Origin: a virus
Reading direction: 5' to 3' (one strand)
Length of the DNA stretch: 64,000 nucleotides
IMG/VR virus record: IMGVR_UViG_3300043122_000207
Span: 32,001 to 96,000 of that record
In this document: positions 40,840 to 51,207 of the stretch, in pieces
How the letters are laid out: every line of letters starts with the position of its first letter
How positions within the stretch are numbered: position 1 is the stretch's first letter
Position numbers and translations under genes: made by a program
Notes under the pieces: generated by a model
Database searches by the model: none
What the model was told of the DNA's origin: nothing
What the model saw: only the letters and a program-made list of their open reading frames with translations

Positions 40840-41763
40840 GTGAGACATTACAAAGTAGATGAACATATAATAGAAAATCTAGAAGAAAAAAAAGAGATTG
40901 CATGTGATTTACCGATCACCGATATAGGATATTACCACATATTCAAACATAAAGAACCGATCGAATTTTTATCGGATGATGATATGTACTCTGGTTTCTC
41001 AAGAACCAATTATTTTTACCCCAATGGTCTAATGGCTTATTATGATGGCACAACTTTAAAAGCTGTAGACAGAAACAGATGTGTTTATGGGCAGAAAGGA
41101 AAAAATCCATATCAGTGGATGGCTATAGATTCCCTGCTTAGACCAGAAAAAGAATTAGTTGTTTTGACTGGTGTTGCTGGTAGTGGCAAAACATTTTTAG
41201 CATTAGCATATGCTTTAAATATGATAGACAATCCAGATTGCGAGAATAAATATAATAGAATAGTTTTATCCAGACCGAAACAAACTCTAGAAAGAAAAGA
41301 TGGTGCGGTACCTGGTGATGATGATGATAAAATCAAAGCTTATATGATGCCTTTCTATGATAATGCTAAAGCGATGGGTGCAACCCAAACCTTTAGGAGA
41401 ATGGTTGGTCGTGGTGACGATATAATGGGTATAGAATTTCAACCTTTAGAAAAAATAAAAGGAAGAAGTTATGCTAACGCCATAGTTATAATAGACGAAA
41501 GTGAAGATATGAGATATAGAGAAGTTGAGTCTTTATTAACTAGGTCCGATAATGCTAAGGTTATTTTAAGTGGTGACATAAAACAAATTGACGATAAGAC
41601 ATTCACCAAAAACAATATCCCTTTAGTATATACCATTAAAAAAACAGAGGGTCAATTATTTGCATCCCATATAAATAATCCTGTTACTTCAAGAAAAGGT
41701 GAACTCACAAAATTTGTGATAAACAATTTTTCACAAGAAGAATACAGGTCTAAAAAATACTAA
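40840..41763 (+). CDS. phoH: PhoH-family ATPase
   Basis: GVAGSGKT, PLEKIKGRS, IIDESED, SGDIKQID. Confidence 0.9.
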   Translation: MRHYKVDEHIIENLEEKKEIACDLPITDIGYYHIFKHKEPIEFLSDDDMYSGFSRTNYFYPNGLMAYYDGTTLKAVDRNRCVYGQKGKNPYQWMAIDSLLRPEKELVVLTGVAGSGKTFLALAYALNMIDNPDCENKYNRIVLSRPKQTLERKDGAVPGDDDDKIKAYMMPFYDNAKAMGATQTFRRMVGRGDDIMGIEFQPLEKIKGRSYANAIVIIDESEDMRYREVESLLTRSDNAKVILSGDIKQIDDKTFTKNNIPLVYTIKKTEGQLFASHINNPVTSRKGELTKFVINNFSQEEYRSKKY

Positions 41764-41770
41764 AAATTGT

Positions 41771-41797
41771 GGCAGGGGTCAAACCCTGCCTTTATTT
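41771..41797 (+). terminator. Intrinsic terminator
   Basis: GGCAGGG/CCCTGCC stem. Confidence 0.75.
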
Positions 41798-41865
41798 AAT
41801 CTAAAGATAAACCTACCGAAACAATTTAGATAGAAATTTAACCGTTTATTAAAGGAGGTTTATAA

Positions 41866-44028
41866 ATGGCTGATAAAGAAAACGAATTAAAAACACAATT
41901 CCAGAAAAAAATAGAAAACATTGATGAAGATTATAATAAATTAGAGGATAAACTAAATAGAAAAGTATACGGTGTCGGAACTAAAGTTAGAAACCTTGTG
42001 GATATAAGTGATGACTTACCTAATAACTTTCTAGAGGGTCTAGGTTCCTCTTCTTACCGTTCATCTAGAAAACACCTGTTAGACATCGTTGGAAAAGATA
42101 ACGACACCAGGGTGCCTTTAGAGGACGCTATGGAGGATGCACTAAACGATATTGGTGATTACATAACATCTTCTCCTACATATCAGGAGAGAATACTTTT
42201 AGAGCAAGAATACAATTACATGTGTGCACAAATGCCACAGCTTTTAAACTCAATTGAAATAAAAGTTAATAATATTTTATCACCAGATGGCACATCCAAA
42301 AGGTTTATCCAAAACGATATTGTGCGAGGAGATAGTATCATCTCCCAACAGGAGTTAAAAGATATAACAGATAGCAAAGAATTAGAGCCAATGGTAAAAG
42401 ACATATACACCAAAACATTTATAAGTGGAAATAAATATGTTTATACAGTACCCTACAGAAGAATAGCCGAAAGAATATATTCTAGGTATTTGGAAAAAGA
42501 ATCTGTAGGTGGTATGATAGCTGAAGCAGACCTTGCAGAAAAAGAATTGGATAGTTCACTTTTTAGAGAATCTATTGAAGAAGTTGTTTTTTCTGACAGT
42601 GATGAAGAATTTGTTGATTACTATGGGGAGAGTGTGACTTTTGAAACCAGTGAAGAAAACAAATCAGAAATGATGTTAACAGAAAACCCATTGATTGATG
42701 AGGCTAAAGATTCTATAGCTTATGAACTTAATAAGAAATTTGAAGAAGGTGACGATTTCTTATCTGAAAAAGATGGTGTGTTGATAGGTGAAGCTAGATC
42801 GAAGTTTAGTAAAATGACTGGGTGTCATGTCGAGGTTTTAGAAAACGAAAGATGTATTCCGGTTGTTGTTAATAGAGAAGTCATAGGTATATACTATATT
42901 GAAAAACCAGAAGTATTAAATGCTGCTGGTGGGAGGACAAGTTATAGTATCTCAAATATGACCGGCTCCAATTATATTAATGACACTAACGATGTCTTTA
43001 ATGAAAGAAACAACATGACAAAAAATATGGTAACCAAGAAATTGAGAGGTGTAATAAAAAAGAACCTCGATAAGAAATTGATAAAGAAAAATAAAAAAAT
43101 CTTGGATACAATAGAACATATACTAAAATCTTCTGAAACATCCGATTATAAAGTTAGGTATATACCAAGAAAATATATTACACCATTTATGGTTAATAAA
43201 GACAATATGGGTCTTGGTAGATCTCAATTACATCGTTCAAGAATAATGGCACACATGTGGATTTTATTAAACTATTCTAATTTAATGAATAAATTGTTTT
43301 TTGAAAAAGATAAAATGTTGGTTAATGCAAGGGCATCTGTAAGTAAAGATTTAGGTTCGGTTGCCAAAAGAGCACTAGAGGCTGTCAAAAAAATATATCC
43401 TATGCCAAACGAAATCTTGGATCTATCTAAGACACACGGTAGGATGGCTGACATAGCAAGGGTTATAATGCCACAGGCAAGAAACGGAACTAAAGCTTTA
43501 GATATAGAAAGAATGCAGGGTCAGGCTATTGAAGAAAACTACGATTTTAAAAAGGATTTAGAACACATAGCAACAGCTTTAGTTGGTGTTCCTTTTTCAA
43601 TGACAGATACTCAAGCAAATACTGATTATGCCACAAACTTAATAAGTCAAGACATACATCAAGTATCATCTTCGATAACGTACCAAATAGAATTAGAAAA
43701 ACAGATATCTGAGTTTATAACAAAGGTTGCCAGATACGAAAAAGACGATGACAGTATAATTATTAAATCAAACTTACCATTACCTAAAACTCTAACACAA
43801 GGGTTACAGGGTGACGCTTTAAATAGAATAACAGACAAAATAAATAGTATAGTTGAACATGTGGTGGAGGATAGAAATGAAGAGAAAAGGGATTATTTAA
43901 GAGAAAAGTTATTTAGAAAAGAAACAGGTTCTTCCATCGACTGGTTCCAGATAGATAAGATACTAAATAAATACAAATCAGAAACACCAGATAAAGATGA
44001 CGAAGATTCAGGTGGAGGTAGATTCTAA
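41866..44028 (+). CDS. Portal protein (T4 gp20-like)
   Basis: QLLNSIEIKVNNILSPD, CIPVVV..EVIGIYYIE, ATALVGVPFS..DYAT; late motif at 41820-41833. Confidence 0.7.
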   Translation: MADKENELKTQFQKKIENIDEDYNKLEDKLNRKVYGVGTKVRNLVDISDDLPNNFLEGLGSSSYRSSRKHLLDIVGKDNDTRVPLEDAMEDALNDIGDYITSSPTYQERILLEQEYNYMCAQMPQLLNSIEIKVNNILSPDGTSKRFIQNDIVRGDSIISQQELKDITDSKELEPMVKDIYTKTFISGNKYVYTVPYRRIAERIYSRYLEKESVGGMIAEADLAEKELDSSLFRESIEEVVFSDSDEEFVDYYGESVTFETSEENKSEMMLTENPLIDEAKDSIAYELNKKFEEGDDFLSEKDGVLIGEARSKFSKMTGCHVEVLENERCIPVVVNREVIGIYYIEKPEVLNAAGGRTSYSISNMTGSNYINDTNDVFNERNNMTKNMVTKKLRGVIKKNLDKKLIKKNKKILDTIEHILKSSETSDYKVRYIPRKYITPFMVNKDNMGLGRSQLHRSRIMAHMWILLNYSNLMNKLFFEKDKMLVNARASVSKDLGSVAKRALEAVKKIYPMPNEILDLSKTHGRMADIARVIMPQARNGTKALDIERMQGQAIEENYDFKKDLEHIATALVGVPFSMTDTQANTDYATNLISQDIHQVSSSITYQIELEKQISEFITKVARYEKDDDSIIIKSNLPLPKTLTQGLQGDALNRITDKINSIVEHVVEDRNEEKRDYLREKLFRKETGSSIDWFQIDKILNKYKSETPDKDDEDSGGGRF

Positions 44029-44042
44029 AAACAAATATAAGA

Positions 44043-44069
44043 GGCAGGGGTTAACCCTGCCCTTTGTTT
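44043..44069. terminator. Terminator between convergent genes
   Basis: GGCAGGG/CCCTGCC stem. Confidence 0.75.
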
Positions 44070-44469
44070 ATTCTTTAAAAAAATCCTCTATATTCTTTTT
44101 CAGTTGAATTAAGAATTCAAATAATATGTTATGTTGAACACATTCTTTTATATAGTTCTTTTTAAACATGTTTTCCAATACCACCCTTCGAGTAATATAT
44201 TTATGTTCCAAATGTATGGTATATAAAATTGCTACGGTAGTGAATATCCATAGTAACCTAACATTACCTGAACCCGAATTAATACTCATAAATGTAGTAT
44301 ATAAGCATAACAACATTAAAGTTATCATTCTCAACATACCCTTTAAATCGTATGTGTCCCTTATGATATAAATTTTTTTTCCCTCATAAACGGTTCCGAC
44401 TCTACCTATTGTTTTCTCTAAGACAAAAACTTTTTTATCGGGATTAGTCTTACATTTCCATTTTTCCAT
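44068..44469 (-). CDS. Membrane protein
   Basis: Two hydrophobic helices. Confidence 0.7.
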   Translation of the reverse strand: MEKWKCKTNPDKKVFVLEKTIGRVGTVYEGKKIYIIRDTYDLKGMLRMITLMLLCLYTTFMSINSGSGNVRLLWIFTTVAILYTIHLEHKYITRRVVLENMFKKNYIKECVQHNILFEFLIQLKKNIEDFFKE

Positions 44470-45197
44470 TAAATACCACCTTCACTAGTGCCCCCATACG
44501 TTATCCAAGCTGGATTAGGTAATACACCTTTTCTTTTTATTGATTCACATATTTCCCCGAGTATGGTTTCTCTATTCTTTAACTGTCCATTTTCACTACA
44601 TTTGATTATGTCCCATTTTTGTCTTTTTACAACAAATAAAGAATTCTCATGGGTTTTTTTCATGTATGCTTTATCAACTTCATGTATATCTTTATCCTTG
44701 GTGCCAGTGATTTTATTTTTTCTATTCTCTATAAGTTTTTCTCTGATATCATAATCCATATGAAGGAAAATTGTGATATCTGGTTTTGGTAAACCTAGTT
44801 TATTATACTCTAAATCATATTCCCAATCTAAAAATTTTTCTTTTTCATTTAAGGTTTCGAATTTAGAACTCTGGTGTATCATATTGGAAGAAACATATCT
44901 ATCCATTATTATAATATATCCTTCATCAACATATTTTTTCCATGTGTTTTTAAAGGATATAAACCTATCCGAGGCATAAAATAAAGATGCAGGGTAACCA
45001 CCGATATCTTCAGCCTCTTTAGAAATTTCACCATTTAAATACATTTTAACTAAATGTGAAGAATCATTATCATAGAAAGGGAAGGATAATCTTTTCACCT
45101 TCTCATATCTACCATTTAAATAATCATATAATAATCTGGTCTGTGTTTCTTTCCCTACACCATCTACACCATCAATCGCTATTATTTTGGATTCCAT
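44469..45197 (-). CDS. tmk: Thymidylate kinase
   Basis: IDGVDGVGKETQ P-loop, SFP.Y, DRY..SN..HQ, LPKPD.TIFL, KDIHE.D. Confidence 0.92.
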   Translation of the reverse strand: MESKIIAIDGVDGVGKETQTRLLYDYLNGRYEKVKRLSFPFYDNDSSHLVKMYLNGEISKEAEDIGGYPASLFYASDRFISFKNTWKKYVDEGYIIIMDRYVSSNMIHQSSKFETLNEKEKFLDWEYDLEYNKLGLPKPDITIFLHMDYDIREKLIENRKNKITGTKDKDIHEVDKAYMKKTHENSLFVVKRQKWDIIKCSENGQLKNRETILGEICESIKRKGVLPNPAWITYGGTSEGGI

Positions 45198-45210
45198 TTA
45201 AACCACTCCT

Positions 45211-46650
45211 TTAATAAAAGTCTATAACATTGGTAACATGTCTTCTTTTTTTGCTATCTCTAATAGTTATTAAACCTAATGGATCAATGACCGGTGCAAT
45301 AAGGTTTGATGTTTGTGTTATAACTGGTGTGGTATTTAAGAAATCCAAAACAAAATCCGGTATATAGGTTATATCGTATGGTAGTGCTATTTTTTTTATA
45401 TCCCTGTATCTCTTCTGGATGGAAGATAAATTATCAAGTCTAAATCTTTTTAATTCAGATTCCTTTGCACCTCTCTCAATTAGTTTCTTTTTAATCTTTA
45501 AACCTTTTCTTTTCATAAATTCATTGGAAACTAAACGGAATGTATCTGTATAAATGTCTAATACATCCATAGCCATTTTCTCTATACCCTGATCATATAC
45601 ATCGTTGATTTTAAGATATAAATATTCACCGTCATTTATGACCATGATATTATTATCCATCATGTCTACTACTTTCTTTGTTTTATAAAGGTCATATTGG
45701 CTCCTAAACTTAGAGTTAAATTTCTGTACTATGACATCCAGTAAATCTTGATCTAAATCTATATCGTCAGATATCTTTAAAAAAACAGAGTTATTTTTTA
45801 CTGAGACTTCACCGCGATACATTAAACCAGATTTACCTTTTTCTTTTAATTCTATGAAATCCAACTCTTCATAATTGAAATTTATTCTATCTGATATGTC
45901 AACTCTGTATCCATTTAATTTATCTTCGTTTGATTCTATCATTCTATCTATTATGTGATAGGATAGTTTCTTAAACATCTCAGGGTAATCTCTTTTCATA
46001 CCCTCTATATCTGTCATATCTAAATAAGCTGTATAAAAGGTTGCTGGTGCCTCTATCTCATCATCTAAACCTAAATCATTCCATAACTTTATTGCAGTAA
46101 CTCTGTGGTCTGAGATAGGGAAGTCTTCGAACACACCATTTAGCTTATGGACATCAAAGAATTCTTGTGCAGTTTCACCCTTCATCATTTCTAAAACTTC
46201 ATTATCTATATCTCTTAATTTATTTAGTATCCTGTCTAACTTTATATCCTTTTCTCTCATGATATCATTTTCAACTATGTCCTCAACATTACTGCATAAC
46301 TTCTGGTTAAAATTTGATTTAGTAAAAGATAAACCCTTAACGTCCAAGTCAGCAACTTCAAAAACATTTCCTTCTTTAAGTTTATTTAATCCTATATAAT
46401 TTTTCTTTCTAGATGTTAAAACGAATCTTTTATAGAGGTACTCGTTTTTCATATTGATTCTTGATTTATATCTTTCCAAAACATTAGTGTGGTCCTTATA
46501 TCTTTCCAAAGAATAATCCACACAACTTACAGCAACCATTGTGGAAAGATTAGAAAGAGTAAACCATATCTCGTCTTCAGACAAATTTTTGTATCCTTTG
46601 TTATAAAGATCGTTTATATCATTATTCAGTTCATCTATAGCAACCATATT
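45211..46650 (-). CDS. polB: Split family-B DNA polymerase second subunit, exon 3
   Basis: Starts NMVAID after DTDS; MKNE...K.Y, LDVKGL thumb region. Confidence 0.85.
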   Translation of the reverse strand, partial: NMVAIDELNNDINDLYNKGYKNLSEDEIWFTLSNLSTMVAVSCVDYSLERYKDHTNVLERYKSRINMKNEYLYKRFVLTSRKKNYIGLNKLKEGNVFEVADLDVKGLSFTKSNFNQKLCSNVEDIVENDIMREKDIKLDRILNKLRDIDNEVLEMMKGETAQEFFDVHKLNGVFEDFPISDHRVTAIKLWNDLGLDDEIEAPATFYTAYLDMTDIEGMKRDYPEMFKKLSYHIIDRMIESNEDKLNGYRVDISDRINFNYEELDFIELKEKGKSGLMYRGEVSVKNNSVFLKISDDIDLDQDLLDVIVQKFNSKFRSQYDLYKTKKVVDMMDNNIMVINDGEYLYLKINDVYDQGIEKMAMDVLDIYTDTFRLVSNEFMKRKGLKIKKKLIERGAKESELKRFRLDNLSSIQKRYRDIKKIALPYDITYIPDFVLDFLNTTPVITQTSNLIAPVIDPLGLITIRDSKKRRHVTNVIDFY

Positions 46651-47701
46651 CGTTTATACCCTCGGTCTCCCGATATTTAGAAACTTGGGACTAGACTATA
46701 TCATGATCATATAACCTTAAAGGTTACTTAGATCCCTTCCATTTCCCTCACGGTACTCTACTCAGTTATCATCAGTCAGTCACCCAACTGAATCCCTTTT
46801 CGATAGTCGTTGAACCTTTAGTCGAGATATCTTAAAAATTATAGTTTTCGGAAATATTAACATATGATTCTTTCTCTCTTATTCTTTTTACAAATTTCCA
46901 GAACTTTTGTCTTTCTAATGTTTCTGAAGTATCAAAGTTTAACGTGTCGGCTATTTCTCGGGTTGTAAGATTTTTTTCTAATAAATCACAAACTGACACC
47001 ACCATGCTTTTCCAATTGTACTTATATTTGTTTTTTCTATGGTGTATATCATAATTTGCATATATGCCCTTATGAATGGTACCAGTTTTAATTTTTTGTA
47101 TAGTGGTTAACTCCACTTTATCTTTGAATTTTGGATATAAATCCATCGGATTTAACCCTTTTTCTAACCCTCTACAAATATAATGTACATCGTCATCAGT
47201 CAATACACCTTGATCTTTATGTTGTGTGAATGTCCCTTGTTTTATCGAATGGTGTATATTTTCTTTTTGTGTCAACCATCTCAAATTATAGATATTATTG
47301 TTACCCCTATCTAAGTCTATGTGATCGACCACATAGTCATTTGGGTTATCTATTGGGTCATAGGTGTTTAACATCACCCGATGCACGTAGAAATTTCTTT
47401 TATTATTGTTTTCATCTATAGGTAATCTCACATACTTATAGCCGGCATTCTTTATATTTTCTTTCAATACTTCACCAGTATTGTAATTTTCTATAATTCC
47501 GTGTTCTGAAATAATGTAATTCCCGTATATTTTGTACCCATCGACAAATTCAATATCTTTATAAATGATAAACAAATCACTCCTTTGTCGATATCTCGAT
47601 TACTTGGCTGCTGATTGTCTTATAACTTTTCAGCTATAACAGTTCCCAGCAATTAGAAAGGTTTTTCACATAATGTTTCCACTATGTGCTCCTATAAATT
47701 A
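46651..47701 (-). mobile_element. Group I intron (1051 nt) directly after motif C DTDS
   Basis: P1 CUCU|.../GGAG; P 47643-47654, Q 47606-47616, R 46804-46815, S 46693-46704; terminal G at 46651. Spliced IDTDS|NMV. Confidence 0.9.
46832..47575 (-). CDS. Intact intron-encoded HNH homing endonuclease
   Basis: VHRVM...VDHIDLDRGNNNIYNLRWLTQKENIHHS; RBS AAAGGAG plus TTG. Confidence 0.9.
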   Translation of the reverse strand: MFIIYKDIEFVDGYKIYGNYIISEHGIIENYNTGEVLKENIKNAGYKYVRLPIDENNNKRNFYVHRVMLNTYDPIDNPNDYVVDHIDLDRGNNNIYNLRWLTQKENIHHSIKQGTFTQHKDQGVLTDDDVHYICRGLEKGLNPMDLYPKFKDKVELTTIQKIKTGTIHKGIYANYDIHHRKNKYKYNWKSMVVSVCDLLEKNLTTREIADTLNFDTSETLERQKFWKFVKRIREKESYVNISENYNF

Positions 47702-48430
47702 AGAGTCTGTATCAATCAATAAAATCAAACTTCTCATTATATTTTTAATTGTACCCTGTGTATTCGTGGTGATTTTGTTTGCCTCTTCAATAAGATCCCC
47801 GCCATACCAGTAATATCCACACAATATCTGTTCTGTCATATCCTGTAATTTATCGATTTGTTTTTTAACAGATTCCGGTGGTTCATAAGGGTCAACAAAA
47901 ACACTACCTTCATCTTCTTTTCTATTTTTATCAATTGTATCTAGGGACTCTTTAAATAAACTTTTAACTTCGTCAATATTTAAAAAGGCGTCTATATTAT
48001 TTTTATAATATATTTTTATTAAAGATTCTAAAGATATCTTATTTATTTTTCTAAAGACACCATCGTATGCATAGTAGTTTTCATCAATACCAATATGCTC
48101 CATTACTTTTTGTATATAAATTCCTTTTAACTTTGAATCTCTTTCTTTTTCGTTGTTCCAACTAATACCATTTTCTTTAGCTCTCCTTACAACATTAGCA
48201 AACAATACCCCATAATAATCGTCATCTTCTTTTATTATTTCATCCAATGTGTAAATTAGTGCATCATATTTTTTAGGGAAATAACCACCCAAAGCAGCTT
48301 CAACAGTTAAAGCAGAAATAGATATTATACTTCTACCTTTAGAAGTTATTGCTGCACCCAAATCAGGAGAAAACAATTTACAGTACATATTAATTAAAAC
48401 ACCGTATAAGGTGTTCATAATAATTTTTGT
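47702..48430 (-). CDS. polB: Split family-B DNA polymerase second subunit, exon 2
   Basis: TKIIMNTLYG (motif B), ITSKGR, ends IDTDS (motif C). Confidence 0.9.
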
Positions 48431-49784
48431 CACTGTTGCTATTCATAACAAATAGCTTAGTGGACTATATCATATCCGTACATTCTTAAACAGGGGGCGA
48501 TTCATTTGAAAAATGTAAAAATTAATACTGAGGAAACTTTATTTGATTATCACATTGATAAGGATGGTTTCATTTATGGACAATACGATAGACCTTTAAC
48601 TATATATAAAAATGGTAAAGGTGAGTTTGTCAAAATGTATCATGAGGGGTCTTCAAAATCTTTTCATATACATGAGCTAATTGCGTATACTTTTTTGGAA
48701 TATGAAAAGAGTGAAGACACAATAATATCTTATTACCCTAATAAAAAAACCAAACTGAACAACGTGAAGATATCCAATGTTTTCGATTACGTTGAAAATA
48801 GACATGGTTTCAAAAAACCCAAATTTTTAAAATACGATGATAAAAAATACACCAAATATATCGTGGATATAGATGGTCGTGTATTCAACACCGAAACATA
48901 TAAAATATTATCTGAGCATCAAACCCCTCAGGGATATGTCTTTGTGACATTAAATTTAAAGACAAGAATGATGCATCGTATTTTATATAGCACATACGTT
49001 GAACCCATGGATCCTGATCTAGTTATAAACCATAAAGACGGCATTAAGTCAAACAATACCCTCAGTAACTTAGAGTAGGTGACCACAAGAGAAAACTCAA
49101 TGCACGCTATCAATACTGGGTTAATTGAGACATTTGGGCCCGAAACAATAGAACCTATTTTGACCTTATACTATGGTGGGGAGGGAAGAAAACATATCTC
49201 AGAAAGATTAGGTATCAATTATAATACGGTTAGGTATATAATAGAAAAACATGCCAACCATTCTCCCGACTTTATTAACAGAACTTCTTTCAATTTATTA
49301 GAAGTTGAAAAAATATTCAAATTAAAAGAAAAAGGCTATTCATATTCTGAAATCTCAAAAAGAATCGATCACAAAAATATTTCCACCATAGGGTATACAT
49401 TGAATAATAAAAATTTCCAAAGAATGTTTAAAAATGATTAGGATTTGCCTGTTTCCATTTAATCACATGGGTTTTTAGTGAACCTTTCGAGGGCTGTACT
49501 ATATCTAAAAAGATACCCTAGTCTCTGAACCCACACCATGATGACCTATATAAAAGTCATTTTAGATGTTCGGCTGCTGATTATCCATTATAACTCTCCT
49601 TAGGGCACCATCCTTAATTGGGTGGTGTTTTTATTTCACCATAGAGAATCCCCTAACTTGTTTCTGACTTTCGTCACCTTTGTATGGGTTTTCACCGCAT
49701 ATTTTGGTACAGGGGCGTTAAGAACTCCCAGCATTTAAGGCAATTTTAACCACACTGTTTCCAGTATGGTAGGACACACTTTTT
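48431..49784 (-). mobile_element. Group I intron (1354 nt) inside motif B, carrying an antisense HNH gene
   Basis: P1 AGGAU|.../GUCCU; P 49725-49736, Q 49572-49582, R 49519-49530, S 48461-48473; terminal G at 48431. Spliced RQKD|TKIIMNTLYG restores QxxxKxxxN. Confidence 0.9.
48506..49441 (+). pseudogene. HNH homing endonuclease interrupted by TAG at the conserved Trp, antisense to its intron
   Basis: INHKDGIKSNNTLSNLE*VTTRENSMHA with TAG at 49076-49078; the C-terminal part has HTH-like repeats. Confidence 0.85.
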
Positions 49785-50210
49785 ATCCTTTTGTCTTAAA
49801 TCATACAACTTACCAAGTATGGGGTCATCACCTTCTGTTAAGTAGTAATTACCCAACTTCTTTATCTCAGCTCTATCATCAAACAATCTCATCTCACCAC
49901 TAACAACTGGTGGTGTTTTGATATCTTGGTTTAAAAAGAATGTGCCATTTTCAACCATAAGATAAGGGGTTGAATAAACATCTTCAATAAAATCCAACGC
50001 ATCCAATTTATAGTTTTTACCTCGAACTGTATTGATTAATTCTACGCTTCTATTTACAAACTTATCTTTAAATAATCCGTATAATTTTGTGTCATCTTCT
50101 AATTCTAATTTTCTAGAAACATCCTCTATCCAAGCGTCTCTAAAAACATCTTCATTCTCGAAATTTTTTGCAAATTCCAAATACCCTCTTGACCATCTAC
50201 TCATTGACAA
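49785..50210 (-). CDS. polB: Split family-B DNA polymerase second subunit, exon 1; spliced product about 864 aa
   Basis: ENGTFF...R..IKK...LYDLRQKD leading into motif B. Confidence 0.85.
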
Positions 50211-50222
50211 TCATCTCCTTAG

Positions 50223-50251
50223 AACAATATTTTAGCTCACATTAAATTGTT
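50223..50251. promoter_or_regulatory. Face-to-face late promoters
   Basis: Plus strand AACA-ATATTT-TAG at 50223-50235; minus strand AACA-ATTTAA-TG at 50240-50251. Confidence 0.55.
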
Positions 50252-50288
50252 TACGATGATAAAAAATTATCTAGGAGGTCATTATATA

Positions 50289-50720
50289 ATGGAATTGCTA
50301 TCTACAAATGAAATAGAGAAACAATTGGACGCAAAAGAAAAAGGTTTCACCAGTCTTAATAGTGTAGACGATATTCTTCTTTCTCTTCTTCTTATCAAAA
50401 AAGGTGTACCTATGACAGCTCAACTTTCTAAGAAGGTAAAAAAGAATACTGAGTTTGAAATCCCCACAATCGAAGGTCTTGTTTCAAAAGAAGACGAAGA
50501 ACATAAAACATATGATATTGAACTTTTAAAACTTACTGCATTTTTAATAGCCCAAAAACGCGGCGATGAAAACGTAAAGGTTATTGAAGAACAGTATAGT
50601 GAATTTAAATCTATGATGGATAACCTTTATGAAGACTATGCTGAAGATGCGGCTGTAACTTTAAATGAGGTTATTGAAAAAGCAGAAAAAATTGAGAAAC
50701 TCGATAAATTAGATGTATAA
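50289..50720 (+). CDS. Hypothetical protein (late)
   Basis: AGGAGG RBS before the ATG at 50289. Confidence 0.75.
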   Translation: MELLSTNEIEKQLDAKEKGFTSLNSVDDILLSLLLIKKGVPMTAQLSKKVKKNTEFEIPTIEGLVSKEDEEHKTYDIELLKLTAFLIAQKRGDENVKVIEEQYSEFKSMMDNLYEDYAEDAAVTLNEVIEKAEKIEKLDKLDV

Positions 50721-50725
50721 AAATC

Positions 50726-50752
50726 ATGTGGGGTAAAACCCACATTTTTTTT
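50726..50752 (+). terminator. Intrinsic terminator
   Basis: ATGTGGG/CCCACAT stem plus T-tract. Confidence 0.85.
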
Positions 50753-50840
50753 ATTTGTCACCAACAACCATTTAGACCACATCCAAATGATGTAGATGCT
50801 ATATGTCTACGATTATATATTATTAAAATGAAAGAAGGAG

Positions 50841-51203
50841 ATGAAGGAAATGTTGATACTGAAAAAATATTCAGTAGTAGAGGAGATTTTGGAGAAGGTT
50901 TTACAGAATGTAAATAGCTATAAAGCAGGACACCCAGAACTGATGATCAATGATAAATTAAAATTGGAGGTGAATATAGAAAGTGAATCTAAAAAATTTT
51001 ATGGCTTTTCAATACAGATAAAAAAGGGAGAGAAAGTATTGGACACCATAATGATAACTAATGATGAAAGGTCTAATATATTCGATGTATTTAAAAAGGA
51101 GGAATACGATAAAGAGAGTATATTGACCACAAATAGTATAAAGGAGATTGTCAGATTTTCAACAGAATATCTTATAGAAAAATTAAACAAGTTTAAGTTT
51201 TAA
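50841..51203 (+). CDS. Hypothetical protein (early)
   Basis: Early motif at 50813-50823; the start may be at 50850. Confidence 0.75.
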   Translation: MKEMLILKKYSVVEEILEKVLQNVNSYKAGHPELMINDKLKLEVNIESESKKFYGFSIQIKKGEKVLDTIMITNDERSNIFDVFKKEEYDKESILTTNSIKEIVRFSTEYLIEKLNKFKF

Positions 51204-51207
51204 GGAG

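Noticed and set aside
4649-49784. Inteins as the explanation for the interrupted RNAP and polymerase genes
   Set aside because: The inserts contain in-frame stops, lack intein terminal residues and show P/Q/R/S elements with P1/P10 pairings.
50781-50810. GTAGA/TCTAC inverted repeat upstream of an early promoter as an operator
   Set aside because: It has only 5-bp arms and is not repeated at the other early promoters.
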